Assembly (NCBI GenBank): GCA_019635435.1
Contig: JAHBZM010000001.1
Coordinates: forward strand, 2,128,587-2,192,586
Source of the DNA: Ramlibacter sp.
GTDB lineage: Bacteria > Pseudomonadota > Gammaproteobacteria > Burkholderiales > Burkholderiaceae_C
DNA length: 64,000 nt
Reading direction: 5' to 3'
Under the pieces are notes generated by a model. The model was not told the DNA's origin and ran no database searches. It was given only the letters and a program-made list of their open reading frames with translations. This document shows, one piece after another, positions 39,518-51,602 of the stretch. The number at the start of each line of letters is the position of its first letter. The first letter of the stretch is position 1. The position numbers were made by a program, and so were the translations under genes.

Positions 39518-40531
39518 CTATTGACCGTTGCCGACGAACGTCACCAGATCGCCGGACAACACCTGCCCTGGGTAGGTGTGTTGATCTGGCACAGCGTTGA
39601 CATTGGTGGCCAAGAAGGCTGGGTTGGTCAAAGCGGTGAAGTGCTGATAGGAAACTTTGAGGGTTTTGGCGCCTGATCCGGCAGAGGCCGCCAGATTTTT
39701 GAGCCCGGTGATCTGAACTGCATTTGCCGTCACGTCAATGCCCGAAACGCCATTGAAGGTGTTGGTGCTTGCGTTCAGGGTAATCAGCGGCTTAAGCAAG
39801 AGTGCCTCGGCAGATTGTTCGCCCAGAACGGTGAAGAACAGGGTGCGCTTGTCGGTGCTCAACGCCGCTTGAATTACCCGGTATTCGTACCCTTTGAACG
39901 AGCGAAAGTTGGTGACTTGGCTCCCCACGACGCCCGTCACGCCATCTTCCAGACGCAAAGCACGCTCGGGGTTGCTGCCCAGCACCCAAGCCCCGTCGCT
40001 CAGGATGAACTGGATCTGGAAGGTATTGTTCGCTCCCCGGCCATCGTTGTCGCGCGGAAAGTACAAGCGCACTGGCGGCGCTTGCAGTGTTTGAAGGTCA
40101 GACACGATGGTCCCGGAGGCCACTTTGGCCAGGTCCGCGACCAGACCCACAGGCCTGCTCACCATAACCGTCGCCGTGGCGCTGACGGTGCCGGCGGAGT
40201 TGGACGCAACCAGCACGTAGGTTCGGGTTGCCGCAGGCACCACTGTGGACTGTTGCCCAGTGACGGTCACCTGATCGAGCGTGACTGACGTGGCGAAGGT
40301 CGTGGTCCAGTTCAGTACGCTGGACTGGCCGGGTGCGATCGTGGCCGGCGTGGCGGTGAACGCCGAGATAGCTGGCAATGCCACGGGGGGATCGACGGTG
40401 CCGCCACCTCCGCCGCCACAGGCGACAGCGCCTATCGAGGCGATCACGCCGACCAGGCATCTGCCCGCAGCGCGACAAAAACCGGCAAAGGGATGCCCGG
40501 ATTTGAGGGGAGAAGCGTTGTCGAATTCCAT
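39518..40531 (-). CDS. hypothetical lipoprotein (Thr/Ala/Val-rich, beta-strand-type)
   Basis: Lipobox AVACGGG. No recognised domain. Start uncertain. Confidence 0.5.
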   Translation of the reverse strand: MEFDNASPLKSGHPFAGFCRAAGRCLVGVIASIGAVACGGGGGGTVDPPVALPAISAFTATPATIAPGQSSVLNWTTTFATSVTLDQVTVTGQQSTVVPAATRTYVLVASNSAGTVSATATVMVSRPVGLVADLAKVASGTIVSDLQTLQAPPVRLYFPRDNDGRGANNTFQIQFILSDGAWVLGSNPERALRLEDGVTGVVGSQVTNFRSFKGYEYRVIQAALSTDKRTLFFTVLGEQSAEALLLKPLITLNASTNTFNGVSGIDVTANAVQITGLKNLAASAGSGAKTLKVSYQHFTALTNPAFLATNVNAVPDQHTYPGQVLSGDLVTFVGNGQ

Positions 40532-40678
40532 GAAACCTCCACTGAATTTTTGTTCCGGGAGTTTAATGCGCCCGTAGATTCTGAGGGCAACGAAAAGGGG
40601 TCACCACGCGCAACGCGATCCTGAGAGCGCACAGGAATAGGCTGCTCCCGGTACATCGCGTCTGTCGTGAGGGGCCGG

Positions 40679-41092
40679 TTACTGACTCTTCCTGCGGTGA
40701 TACGTCAACGCCGCCGCCACACAGAATGCCAGCGCGTCCTGGTCCACAGGCTCATGTTCGGTAAACACAATGGCCCGGTTGCCTTCGTACCTGAATGTGC
40801 GAGGGAAGATGGTCTTGAAAGTCTCCACCAGCGTCGTCTGGCAGTTGAAGTACATCGCGTACTCGGTGGGTTTTGACTTCTTCCAACCAAGCCGGATGGT
40901 GCTTCCGCTGCCTGTGTGTGGTGTGAGGTACGCGGGCTCGCCCCACTTGAGCGTTTCTTCAAGCGCACCTACACCTTCGGTTGACGCGGCAGTGCGAAAG
41001 ATGAGGTCGCGCAGCGCCATGAGTTTGCGGCGCATGGGGGCGGGGTAGGTCTGGAATGCGCTGGCGACCCTAGGGCTGGCGAAGGGCTTCAT
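40679..41092 (-). CDS. DUF1801-domain protein
   Basis: 137 aa, YdhG-like. Assignment is from memory. Confidence 0.5.
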   Translation of the reverse strand: MKPFASPRVASAFQTYPAPMRRKLMALRDLIFRTAASTEGVGALEETLKWGEPAYLTPHTGSGSTIRLGWKKSKPTEYAMYFNCQTTLVETFKTIFPRTFRYEGNRAIVFTEHEPVDQDALAFCVAAALTYHRRKSQ

Positions 41093-41236
41093 GGTGCGTG
41101 GAGTGTATTCAGATCACATTCGTGGTCTTGCCTTTTGCTGTGCCGAGATCGGGAGGCAAGCTCCTGATCCGTGTCGATTGAGATGTTATCCGCCGAGCCC
41201 TTCCCGCGCCGCACTCCCAGTGCTAGACTGAATTCC

Positions 41237-41461
41237 ATGAATGCCCGCGTAGACCAGCTACTGGATGAGGTTCTCGGCCTACCCGCCGATGAACGCTCGG
41301 CATTGGCGGTCGCTCTCCTCGACAGCCTCGAGACTGCTGACGAAGCGACAGTCTCCGATCTGTGGCGTGCCGAAGTGAACCGGCGCCGCGCGGAATTGCG
41401 TGCAGGGCGAGTGCAAGCCAGCCCCTGGGCTGAAGTACGGCAGCGCCTTAGCTCCCTGTGA
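41237..41461 (+). CDS. type II antitoxin (putative addiction-module component, TIGR02574-like)
   Basis: Sequence MNARVDQLLDEVLGLPADERSALAVALLDSLE. Its stop overlaps the toxin start as GTGA. Confidence 0.6.
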   Translation: MNARVDQLLDEVLGLPADERSALAVALLDSLETADEATVSDLWRAEVNRRRAELRAGRVQASPWAEVRQRLSSL

Positions 41462-41754
41462 GTTCCTTCGACATTGAAGTGCTGCCCGAAGCGGAGGCAG
41501 AGGCACGCGAGGCTTTCCTCTGGTATTTCGAGAGAAGCCCAATTGCCGCCGATGCCTTCCGGGTGGAGCTGTTCGAAGCCATCGATGGATTGGCCGAGAC
41601 GGCCGAGGACTGGCCCGAGGACGAAGACGACATCCGGCACTACCACCTCAAGCACTTCCCGTATACGGTGAGGTATGAGGTGCTCGGCCGGACTGTGACG
41701 GTCTTCGCGATAGCGCATCAACGTAGGCGCCCAGGATATTGGCGAGATCGCTGA
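41458..41754 (+). CDS. type II toxin, ParE/RelE family
   Basis: 98 aa, C-terminal FPYTVRYEV...VTVFAIAHQRRRP. 4-nt overlap with the antitoxin. Confidence 0.65.
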   Translation: MSSFDIEVLPEAEAEAREAFLWYFERSPIAADAFRVELFEAIDGLAETAEDWPEDEDDIRHYHLKHFPYTVRYEVLGRTVTVFAIAHQRRRPGYWRDR

Positions 41755-41873
41755 ATACCCGCCAGGACAGCACTCGACGGATAAGGTAGCCGCTCAGCCG
41801 ACGCCGAAGGCGGCCGATGCAGCGGCCTGCTAAACCGCTGTATATGAATGCTGGCAGAAAGATTTCCTAACCA

Positions 41874-42092
41874 TCACGGCAACTGAAATATGCCAACAGC
41901 ACCAGCAAAGAAGACGAAGCCCAAGCCAATCACAACCACGCCTGCAAACACAGAATCTCTTCCCCGAATCCGCCAAAACGGGGTATTGCTACCTTCGCTT
42001 GTGACGGGAATCTCGCGAATAAGGATGAAACGCCATCCAACAAAAATGAGGATGCTCCCGCACAGGACTTCGAAGACTTGGAGGAGCGTCAT
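41874..42092 (-). CDS. hypothetical small membrane protein in a low-GC patch
   Basis: 72 aa with two hydrophobic segments. Local GC is about 50%. Confidence 0.3.
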   Translation of the reverse strand: MTLLQVFEVLCGSILIFVGWRFILIREIPVTSEGSNTPFWRIRGRDSVFAGVVVIGLGFVFFAGAVGIFQLP

Positions 42093-42269
42093 TTGCGGTT
42101 TAACGTGATGCAGCCCAGCGCCTATCCTGGCACTTCCAGGACAGGCGACGAAATAAGCTGGTCCGGCGAGTCAGATCGACGCGGCACGATGTGGCGCGAT
42201 GCCGCTTGCAATCAGCTCTCGGGGTGAATCTTGAGGATGCAGACACGTGGGTCATGCTACCTCTGAAAC

Positions 42270-43070
42270 TCAAACCCCCACCAACCCCGCAGCCCGCTGC
42301 ACCTCAATGCGTATCTCCTCCGTCAACTTCGCCTTGAGCTCGGTGAACACCGGCGTGGTCTTGACCGAGTAGTGGCGCGGGTGCGCAATGGGCACGCTCA
42401 GGTCGCACTTGATGCGGCCGGGGCGGGCGCTCATCACCACCACGCGGCTGCCCATGAAGATGGCTTCGTCGATGTCGTGCGTCACAAACAGCACGGTCTT
42501 CTGCTCGGCTTCCCAGATGCCTTGCAGCAGTTCCTGCATCAGCTCGCGGGTCTGGTGGTCGAGCGCGCCAAAGGGCTCGTCCATGAGCAGGATGCGCGGG
42601 TCGTTGGCCAGGGCGCGGGCCAGCGCGGTGCGCTGCTGCATGCCGCCCGAGAGCTGCTTGGGAAAGTGGTTCTCAAACCCCTTCAACCCCACCTTGGCCA
42701 GAAACTGCCGCGCCTTGTCTTGCTGTTCGGCCAGGGGCAGGCCTTTTTCGCGCAGGCCAAAGCACACGTTCTGCAACACCGTGAGCCAGGGGAACAGCGT
42801 GTAGCTCTGGAACACCATGCCGCGGTCGGCGCCCGGGCCGCTCACGGCTTTGCAGTCCAGCTCGATGCGGCCCGTGGTGGGCGTGTCCAGCCCGGCCACC
42901 ATGCGCAGCAGGGTGCTCTTGCCGCAGCCCGAGGGGCCGAGGATGGTGATGAAGTCGTTCTCGGCCACCGTCAGGTCGGTGGCGTCCAGCGCCACGGTGC
43001 CGCCCTCTTTTTTGCCGTCTCGCCCGGGGAAGGTTTTGGACAGCTTGGAGATGTTGAGGATGTTGGTCAC
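42270..43070 (-). CDS. ABC transporter ATP-binding protein, NitT/TauT (SsuB/TauB-like) family
   Basis: Walker A GPSGCGKST, signature LSGGMQQR, Walker B LLMDEPFGALD. GTG start overlapping the permease stop. The track ORF is an in-frame read-through to 43481. Confidence 0.85.
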   Translation of the reverse strand: MTNILNISKLSKTFPGRDGKKEGGTVALDATDLTVAENDFITILGPSGCGKSTLLRMVAGLDTPTTGRIELDCKAVSGPGADRGMVFQSYTLFPWLTVLQNVCFGLREKGLPLAEQQDKARQFLAKVGLKGFENHFPKQLSGGMQQRTALARALANDPRILLMDEPFGALDHQTRELMQELLQGIWEAEQKTVLFVTHDIDEAIFMGSRVVVMSARPGRIKCDLSVPIAHPRHYSVKTTPVFTELKAKLTEEIRIEVQRAAGLVGV

Positions 43071-43840
43071 AGCCGGGCCCACGGGTATAGCTTGCGGTTG
43101 AAGGCCTTGAAGGCAAAGTCCGTCACCAGGCCGATCACGCCAATGACGATGATGCCGAAGATGATCTGGTCGGTGGCCAGCAGCGCCTGGCTGTCGGTGA
43201 TCATGTGGCCGATGCCGCTGCTCGCGCCAATCAGCTCGGCCACGATCACATAGGTCCAGGCCCAGCCCAGCACCATGCGCAGCGTTTCGGCAATTTCGGG
43301 CGCGCTGCTGGGCAGCAGCACGCGGGTGACGATGCCGCGGTCGCCCGCGCCCAGGGTGTAGGCGGCTTCCACCAGGTCGCGCCGCGTGTTGCCCACGCTC
43401 ACGGCAATCATCAGCACCAGCTGGAAGAAGCTGCCAATGAAGATGACGCTGAGCTTCTGCGCCTCGCCAATGCCGGCCCACAAAATCAGCAGCGGGATGA
43501 AGGCCGAGGCGGGCAGGTAGCGCGCAAAGCTCACAAAGGGCTCAAAGAACGCCTCGATGGGTTTGTACGCGCCCATCAGCACGCCCATAGGGATGGCCAG
43601 CACGGCCGCCAGCGCAAAGCCGCCCAGCACCCGCCACACCGTCATGCCAATGTCCTTGGCAAAGCCCTGGTTCACCAGCAGGTCCCAGCCCGAGCGCACC
43701 ATGGTCAGCGGGTCGGCCAGAAAGGTCTTGGACACATAGCCGCTGAAAGTCACGGCCGACCACAGCGCAAAGAACAGGATGAAGAAGCTCACGCCCAGCA
43801 CCACACGGGTGCCGGGGTTCACCGGTTGCAACGGTCGCAT
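43067..43840 (-). CDS. ABC transporter permease, NitT/TauT (SsuC-like) family
   Basis: 257 aa, six TMS, EAA-like loop. Confidence 0.85.
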   Translation of the reverse strand: MRPLQPVNPGTRVVLGVSFFILFFALWSAVTFSGYVSKTFLADPLTMVRSGWDLLVNQGFAKDIGMTVWRVLGGFALAAVLAIPMGVLMGAYKPIEAFFEPFVSFARYLPASAFIPLLILWAGIGEAQKLSVIFIGSFFQLVLMIAVSVGNTRRDLVEAAYTLGAGDRGIVTRVLLPSSAPEIAETLRMVLGWAWTYVIVAELIGASSGIGHMITDSQALLATDQIIFGIIVIGVIGLVTDFAFKAFNRKLYPWARL

Positions 43841-43846
43841 GCCGGT

Positions 43847-44791
43847 TTATCTCAAGAACTGCGTGTCGGCCAGCTTGCCCATGTCGGGCAGGGTCTTGAT
43901 GATGCCGGCTTCCATCAGCAGGCTGGCGGCTTCCTTGCTGAACTCGGCGTGCTCGCTGGCAAAGAACTTCTGGTTGGCGGCGCGGTCCTGCCAGCGCAAG
44001 TACTTCTGGCTGGCTTCAAACTTGTCGGCGGGTTGCTTCACGTCGGCGCCCATGATCTCGAAGCTCTTGGCCGGGTCTTTCTTGATCATCTCCAGCGCGT
44101 CAAAGTAGCCGTCGGCCAGGGCCTTGGCGGCCTTGGGGTTCTCGGCCAGGAACTTGGGCGTGCAGCCAAAGGTGTCCATCACCATCGGGTAGTCGAGCGT
44201 GGTGGCAATGATCTTGCCGGCCTCGGGCTTCTCGCGCACGGCGCTCAGGTAGGGCTCGTAGGTCATGGCGGCGTCCAGGCCACTGGTGCCCGCAATCATG
44301 GCGTTGGCGGCGGCTTGCGGTTCGAGGTTGACGATCTTCACGTCCTTGGTGCTCAGGCCGTTCTTCTTGAGCATCCAGGCCAGGCCGAAGTAGGGCGCGG
44401 TCCCGGGTGCGCTGGCGGCCACGGTCTTGCCCTTCAAGTCGCTGATCTTGGTGATGCCGGGCTTGACCACCATGCCGTCGGCGCCGTAGCTCTTGTCGAG
44501 CTGGAAGATCTGCGTGGTGGCCACGCCGTTGGCGTTCCACACGATCCAGGTCTCGACCGTGGTGGCCGCGCACTGGATGTCGCCCGAGGCAATGGCCAGG
44601 TGGCGGTCTTTCTGCGGGATCTTCTTGATGGTCACATCCAGCCCGTGTTTCTTGAACAGGCCGGCCTCCTTGGCCAGCGTGAGCGGGGCAAAGCCGGTCC
44701 ACCCCGACATGCCGATGGCGACTTTGGTTTCCTCGGCCTGGCTGGTCACGCAAGCAAAGGCAATGAGCGAGAGGGCAAACAGCTTTTTCAT
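43847..44791 (-). CDS. ABC substrate-binding protein, NMT1/SsuA-like, linked to the hut genes
   Basis: Signal peptide followed by an SsuA/TauA-type fold. Confidence 0.75.
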   Translation of the reverse strand: MKKLFALSLIAFACVTSQAEETKVAIGMSGWTGFAPLTLAKEAGLFKKHGLDVTIKKIPQKDRHLAIASGDIQCAATTVETWIVWNANGVATTQIFQLDKSYGADGMVVKPGITKISDLKGKTVAASAPGTAPYFGLAWMLKKNGLSTKDVKIVNLEPQAAANAMIAGTSGLDAAMTYEPYLSAVREKPEAGKIIATTLDYPMVMDTFGCTPKFLAENPKAAKALADGYFDALEMIKKDPAKSFEIMGADVKQPADKFEASQKYLRWQDRAANQKFFASEHAEFSKEAASLLMEAGIIKTLPDMGKLADTQFLR

Positions 44792-44833
44792 GGGGGTTCT
44801 CCTGGTTGGGTGTGGTGGGACTCTATGCAGGCT

Positions 44834-46381
44834 TCATGCCAATCGCAATGCGTGTAATTCCGGTATTTGCGCTTCCAGCGCATCACCGATGGCGCCGCTG
44901 ACCACGAGGTCGTGCATGGCCGACATGTCGGGGGCCAGGCTGCGGTCCTGCATCATCGCGGGCGAGACCTGGCGCACCGCGCGCATCACGCCTTCAAGCG
45001 CCGGCGCACTCGTGAGTGGCCGCAAAAACTCAATGCCCTGGGCCGCGGCCAGCAGCTCGATGCCCACGATGTGCGCGGTGTTGCGCAGCATGGGCGTGAG
45101 CCGGCGCGCGGCAAACGTGGCCATGCTCACATGGTCTTCCTGGTTGGCCGAGGTGGGCAGGCTGTCCACGCTGGCGGGGTGGGCCAGCGACTTGTTCTCG
45201 CTGGCCAGCGCGGCCGCCGTCACGTGCACGATCATGAAGCCGCTGTTCAGGCCCGGCTCGGGCGTGAGGAAGGGCGGCAGGCGCGACACCACCGTGTCCA
45301 CCAGCATCGCAATGCGCCGCTCGGTGATGGCGCCGATCTCGGCAATCGCCACGGCCAGCGCATCGGCGGCCAGCGCCACGGGTTCAGCGTGGAAATTGCC
45401 ACCCGACACCATCAGGCCTTCGAAGACCAGCGGGTTGTCGGTCACGGCGTTGGCTTCGCGCACCAGCACTTCGGTGGCATGGCGCATCTGGTCCAGGCAG
45501 GCGCCCATCACCTGGGGTTGGCAGCGCAGGCAATACGGGTCCTGCACGCGGTCGTCCCCTTCAAGGTGCGAGGCGCGGATGGCGCTGCCCACCATCAGTG
45601 CACGGTAGGCCGCGGCGCAGTCGATCTGCCCGGGCTGGCCGCGCACAGCGTGGATGCGCGGGTCAAACGGGCCATCGCTGCCGCGCGCGGCGTCCAGCGT
45701 GAGCGCGCCCGAAATCACGGCGGCTTCAAACACGCGGTCGGTGGTGAGCAGGGCGTCAATGGCCAGGCCCGCAGACACCTGGGTGCCGTTGATCAGCGCC
45801 AGCCCCTCCTTGGCGCCCAGGGCCAGCGGCGCCAGGCCGGCGCGGGCCAGGGCCTCGGCCCCGCCCAGCCGCTCGCCTTGGTAGAAAGCCTCGCCCTCGC
45901 CAATGAGCGGCAGGCACAGGTGGGCCAGCGGCGCGAGGTCGCCCGAGGCACCGACCGAGCCCTGGCAGGGAATCACCGGTACCACGCCCGCGTTGTGCAG
46001 GTTGATCAGGCCGTCGACCACTTCCTCGCGCACACCCGAGTAGCCGCGTGCCAGGCTGGCGGCCTTGAGCACGAGGATGAGCCGCACCACGCGCTCGCTC
46101 ATCGGTTCGCCCACGCCCACGGCGTGCGAGCGCAGCAGCTTGAGCTGCAGCGTGGCGAGGTCGCTGCGCGCAATGCGCGTGCTGGCGAGCTTGCCAAAGC
46201 CGGTGTTGACGCCATAGACGGGCGCATCACCCTCCGTGGCCTTTTTGACCAGCGCCGCGCTGGCGCGAATGCCGTCGCGGCAGGCTGGGTCCAGTGCCAC
46301 GGCTGGCGGCGTGTCGCTGCACAGCCGGCGCAGCTGCGCCAGCGTGAGCTGGCCGGGGACGATGGTTTCAGTGAGGGGCAT
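44834..46381 (-). CDS. hutH: histidine ammonia-lyase
   Basis: 515 aa. The ASG triad (GSVGASGDL), which forms the MIO cofactor, is present. Confidence 0.9.
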   Translation of the reverse strand: MPLTETIVPGQLTLAQLRRLCSDTPPAVALDPACRDGIRASAALVKKATEGDAPVYGVNTGFGKLASTRIARSDLATLQLKLLRSHAVGVGEPMSERVVRLILVLKAASLARGYSGVREEVVDGLINLHNAGVVPVIPCQGSVGASGDLAPLAHLCLPLIGEGEAFYQGERLGGAEALARAGLAPLALGAKEGLALINGTQVSAGLAIDALLTTDRVFEAAVISGALTLDAARGSDGPFDPRIHAVRGQPGQIDCAAAYRALMVGSAIRASHLEGDDRVQDPYCLRCQPQVMGACLDQMRHATEVLVREANAVTDNPLVFEGLMVSGGNFHAEPVALAADALAVAIAEIGAITERRIAMLVDTVVSRLPPFLTPEPGLNSGFMIVHVTAAALASENKSLAHPASVDSLPTSANQEDHVSMATFAARRLTPMLRNTAHIVGIELLAAAQGIEFLRPLTSAPALEGVMRAVRQVSPAMMQDRSLAPDMSAMHDLVVSGAIGDALEAQIPELHALRLA

Positions 46382-46493
46382 ACAGGAGGTTGTTGGGAGA
46401 TTCCGTTCGTCCTGAGCTTGGCCTGTCCTGAGCCCGTCGAAGGGCGAAGGGCCCCGCGCGGGGCTTCGACAGGCTCAGCCCGAACGGATTTTT

Positions 46494-48212
<1,719 letters not shown>

Positions 48213-48251
48213 GGCGGGCTCCTGGGCAGGACGGCGATGAGGCTTTGCGGT

Positions 48252-48306
48252 AAGTTGTCTATACAACTTGAGCGATTGAAATGAAGTTTAGTTGTCTATA
48301 CAACTT
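48252..48306. promoter_or_regulatory. two HutC-operator-like palindromes (AAGTTGTCTATACAACTT) in the hutU/hutC divergent intergenic region
   Basis: Copies at 48252..48269 and 48289..48306 have identical 16-bp cores with inverted half-sites AGTTGT/ACAACT, 38 bp centre to centre. They resemble the GntR/HutC TGTATATACA-type operator. Confidence 0.6.
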
Positions 48307-48332
48307 GTGTCAACTGGGGTAATCTACGGGCC

Positions 48333-49043
48333 ATGAGCAAGCGCGAATTGCCGGCCTACGAACAGGTCAAGGCCTTCATCAAGGGGCACATCAGCAGTGG
48401 CCACTGGAAGCCGGGCGACCCGGTGCCCAGCGAGTCGGCGCTGATGACGCAGTTTGGTGTGTCGCGCATGACCGTCAACCGAGCGCTGCGCGAGCTGGCC
48501 GCCGAGGGCATGGTCACGCGGGTGCAGGGCTCGGGCACGCGGGTGGCGCAGCTGCACCGCATCTCGTCGCGCCTGACCATTCGCGACATCCATGAAGAAG
48601 TGGTGGAGCGCGGCCACATCCACACCACGCGGGTGCTCACCGTGGCCCGCGAGGCCGCCAGCGCCGACGTGGCGCCCGCGCTGGGCCTGGCCGCCGGTGC
48701 GCCGGTGTTCCACACGGTGCTGATCCACCTGGAAAACGGCGTGCCCATCCAGTATGAAGACCGCTACGTCAACCCCGCAGCCGCGCCCGACTACCTGCTG
48801 ACCGATTTCACCCAGACCACGCCCACCCACCATTTGCTGCTGCACGCGCCGCTGACCGAGGCCAGCTACGCCATCGAGGCCTGCCTGCCCACGGCCGAGG
48901 AGGCGCGCGAGCTGGGCATCAAGCGCAGTGAGCCCTGCCTGGCCATGATGCGGCGCACCGTGAGCGGCGCCCATGTGGCCAGCATTGCCCGGCTGGTGTA
49001 CCCCGGCACGCGCTACAGCTTTGCGGGGCAGTTCCAGGCATGA
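48333..49043 (+). CDS. hutC: histidine utilization repressor HutC (GntR family with UTRA domain)
   Basis: N-terminal GntR wHTH (SESALMTQFGVSRMTVNRALRELAAEG) and a C-terminal UTRA domain. Confidence 0.85.
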   Translation: MSKRELPAYEQVKAFIKGHISSGHWKPGDPVPSESALMTQFGVSRMTVNRALRELAAEGMVTRVQGSGTRVAQLHRISSRLTIRDIHEEVVERGHIHTTRVLTVAREAASADVAPALGLAAGAPVFHTVLIHLENGVPIQYEDRYVNPAAAPDYLLTDFTQTTPTHHLLLHAPLTEASYAIEACLPTAEEARELGIKRSEPCLAMMRRTVSGAHVASIARLVYPGTRYSFAGQFQA

Positions 49044-49594
49044 ACTGGCAGATGGTTTCATTGGCCGACGTGCGCCCGCAGCCCTGGAAAAACGGCGGTG
49101 GCACCACCCGCGAGCTGCTGGCCTGGCCCTCGCCCGCTGACTGGCGGGTGCGCCTCTCGGTGGCCGAGGTGGCGAGCGATGGCCCTTTCTCGTGCTTTGA
49201 GGGCGTGCAGCGCTGCTTTGCCGTGCTCAGCGGCGCGGGCGTGCGCCTCGACATGGGCGGCACGCTGCACACGCTCACGGCAGCCAGCGAGCCACTGGCG
49301 TTTGACGGCGCGGTGGCCGTGGGCTGCACCCTGATTGATGGCGCCACACAGGACTTCAACCTCATGGCACGGGGCGGCTCACCCACGCTGCGCCGCGTGC
49401 GGGGGGCCTGGCAGGGCCTGGCGGGTGCTACAGGTTTTGTAGCACTCTATGCCCACCAGTCCTGGACTACAGCCACTTTTGACCATGAAACCGTGACAAT
49501 ACCCCCAGCCACGCTGGCCTGGCGCGTGGCAGACCTGGCCGCGCCGGTGGCCGTGCACAGCAGCGACGCACTCTGGATGGAGGTGATGCCATGA
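49040..49594 (+). CDS. hutD: HutD-family protein
   Basis: 184 aa, [12 protein letters not shown] motif. Overlaps hutC and hutI. Confidence 0.75.
   Translation: MNWQMVSLADVRPQPWKNGGGTTRELLAWPSPADWRVRLSVAEVASDGPFSCFEGVQRCFAVLSGAGVRLDMGGTLHTLTAASEPLAFDGAVAVGCTLIDGATQDFNLMARGGSPTLRRVRGAWQGLAGATGFVALYAHQSWTTATFDHETVTIPPATLAWRVADLAAPVAVHSSDALWMEVMP
49449..49484. repeat. interspersed repeat, degenerate copy e, located inside the hutD reading frame
   Basis: ATGCCCACCAGTCCTGGACTACAGCCACTTTTGACC, most similar to the copy at 61563. Confidence 0.45.
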
Positions 49595-50805
49595 GCGTTG
49601 AAATCTGGACCAACTGCCACGTGGCCACGCTGGCCGCCGGTGCCGCCGTGCCCTATGGCCTGGTGAACAACGCGGCGCTGGTGGTGCAGGGCGACCGGAT
49701 CGCCTGGGTGGGCTCGCAGGCCGACGTGCCGGCCGAGTGGCTGTCGCGCTGCACCCGCGGCCGCGATGCGGGCGGCGCGCTGATCACGCCGGGCCTGATC
49801 GACTGCCACACCCACCTGGTGTATGGCGGTGACCGCGCGCAGGAGTTCGAGCAGCGGTTGCAGGGCGCCAGCTATGAAGACATTGCCCGCGCCGGCGGTG
49901 GCATTGCCTCCACCGTCCAGGCCACGCGAGCCGCCAGCGCAACGCAGCTGGAGGCCCAGAGCGCCGAGCGCCTGTGGGCCCTGCTGGCCGAAGGCGTGAC
50001 CACGGTGGAAATCAAGTCGGGCTATGGCCTGGCGCTGGAGCACGAGCGCAAAACGCTGGGCGTGGCCCGTGCGCTGGGCCGCGACCTGCCGGTGGATGTG
50101 CGCACCACCTTTCTGGGCGCGCACGCCGTCCCGCCCGAGTTTGCCGGCCGCACCGACGACTATCTGGCCGAGGTGCTGCGCATGCTGCCCGTGCTGCATG
50201 CCGAGGGCCTGGTGGATGCGGTGGACGCGTTCTGCGAACGCATTGCCTTCAGCGCGGCGCAGACCCGCCAGGTGTTTGAGGCGGCCAGGGCGGTGGGCCT
50301 GCCCGTGAAGCTGCATGCCGAGCAGCTCAGTGACAGCGGCGGCGCCCAACTGGCCGCAGAATTTGGCGCGCTCAGCTGCGACCATCTGGAGTGGCTCAGC
50401 GCCGACGGCGCGGCCGCCATGGCCCGCGCCGGCAGCGTGGCCGTGCTGCTGCCCGGCGCGTTTTATTTCTTGCGCGAGACGCGGCTGCCGCCGGTGGCGC
50501 TGCTGCGCGAGCATGGTGTGCCCATGGCGGTGTCCACCGACTGCAACCCGGGCAGCTCGCCCTGCACCTCGCTGCTGCTCATGCTCAACATGGCCTGCAC
50601 GCTGTTCCGCCTCACGCCCGAAGAGGCACTGGCCGGGGCCACGCGCCATGCCGCGCGGGCGCTGGGCCTGGCCGACCGCGGCGCGCTTGCGCCGGGCCTG
50701 CGCGCCGACTTTGTGCTGTGGGGGGTGGACCACCCCGCGCAGCTGGCTTATGCCATGGGCGCCAACCCGCGTCTGCAAACCGTCTTCAAGGGTCAACCTG
50801 TATGA
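49591..50805 (+). CDS. hutI: imidazolonepropionase
   Basis: Amidohydrolase-fold HxH motif ([10 protein letters not shown]). Confidence 0.9.
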   Translation: MSVEIWTNCHVATLAAGAAVPYGLVNNAALVVQGDRIAWVGSQADVPAEWLSRCTRGRDAGGALITPGLIDCHTHLVYGGDRAQEFEQRLQGASYEDIARAGGGIASTVQATRAASATQLEAQSAERLWALLAEGVTTVEIKSGYGLALEHERKTLGVARALGRDLPVDVRTTFLGAHAVPPEFAGRTDDYLAEVLRMLPVLHAEGLVDAVDAFCERIAFSAAQTRQVFEAARAVGLPVKLHAEQLSDSGGAQLAAEFGALSCDHLEWLSADGAAAMARAGSVAVLLPGAFYFLRETRLPPVALLREHGVPMAVSTDCNPGSSPCTSLLLMLNMACTLFRLTPEEALAGATRHAARALGLADRGALAPGLRADFVLWGVDHPAQLAYAMGANPRLQTVFKGQPV

Positions 50806-51602
50806 GTTTCCAACTGCATCGCGGCACGGTGCCGCTGCTGGTCAGCATGCCGCACGTGGGCACGCAGATTCCCGACGAACTGAAAGACCGCTACCTGCCG
50901 CGCGCGCTGGCCGTTGAAGACACCGACTGGCACCTGGAGCGGCTCTATGACTTCTTGCCCGCGCTGGGCGCCAGCGTGCTGGTGCCGCAGATCTCGCGCT
51001 ATGTGATCGACCTGAACCGCCCGCCCGACGACGCGCCCATGTACCCCGGCGCGTCCAACACCGAGCTGTGCCCCACGCGGTTTTTCACTGGCGACCCGCT
51101 GTACCGCGACGGCGCCGCGCCCGACGCCGCGCAGCGCGCGCGCCGCCGCGAGGCCTGGTGGCAGCCCTACCACGAGGCGCTGCAGGGCGAGCTCAACCGC
51201 CTGCGCGCCGAACACGGCTTTGCGCTGCTGTGGGACGCGCACAGCATCCGCAGCCAGATCCCCTGGCTGTTTGAAGGCCGCCTGCCAGACCTCAACATCG
51301 GCACGGCCAGTGGCGCGGCGGCGCACGCGGCCATCACCGACGCCGTAGCCGCCGCCTGCGCCGGCATGCCGGGGCTCACCAGCGTGGTCAATGGCCGCTT
51401 CAAAGGCGGCTACATCACGCGCCACTACGGCCAGCCCGCGCAACAGGTCCATGCGGTGCAACTGGAGAAGTGCCAGAGCCTGTACATGCAGGAGCAGATG
51501 CCGTTTGCCTATGACGAAACGCTGGCCGCGGGCATTCAGCCCGTGCTGCAGCGCATGGTGAGCGCCGCGCTGGCCGCCGCGCAAGGCCTGTATGGGCGCT
51601 GA
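50802..51602 (+). CDS. hutG: N-formylglutamate deformylase
   Basis: Start at the internal ATG (MSFQLHRG) overlapping the hutI stop as ATGA. The track ORF extends upstream to 50391. Confidence 0.8.
   Translation: MSFQLHRGTVPLLVSMPHVGTQIPDELKDRYLPRALAVEDTDWHLERLYDFLPALGASVLVPQISRYVIDLNRPPDDAPMYPGASNTELCPTRFFTGDPLYRDGAAPDAAQRARRREAWWQPYHEALQGELNRLRAEHGFALLWDAHSIRSQIPWLFEGRLPDLNIGTASGAAAHAAITDAVAAACAGMPGLTSVVNGRFKGGYITRHYGQPAQQVHAVQLEKCQSLYMQEQMPFAYDETLAAGIQPVLQRMVSAALAAAQGLYGR

Noticed and set aside
42270-43481. 403-aa fused ORF for the ABC ATPase gene
   Set aside because: The N-terminal 137 aa is read-through into the permease gene in another frame. The real GTG start is at 43070.
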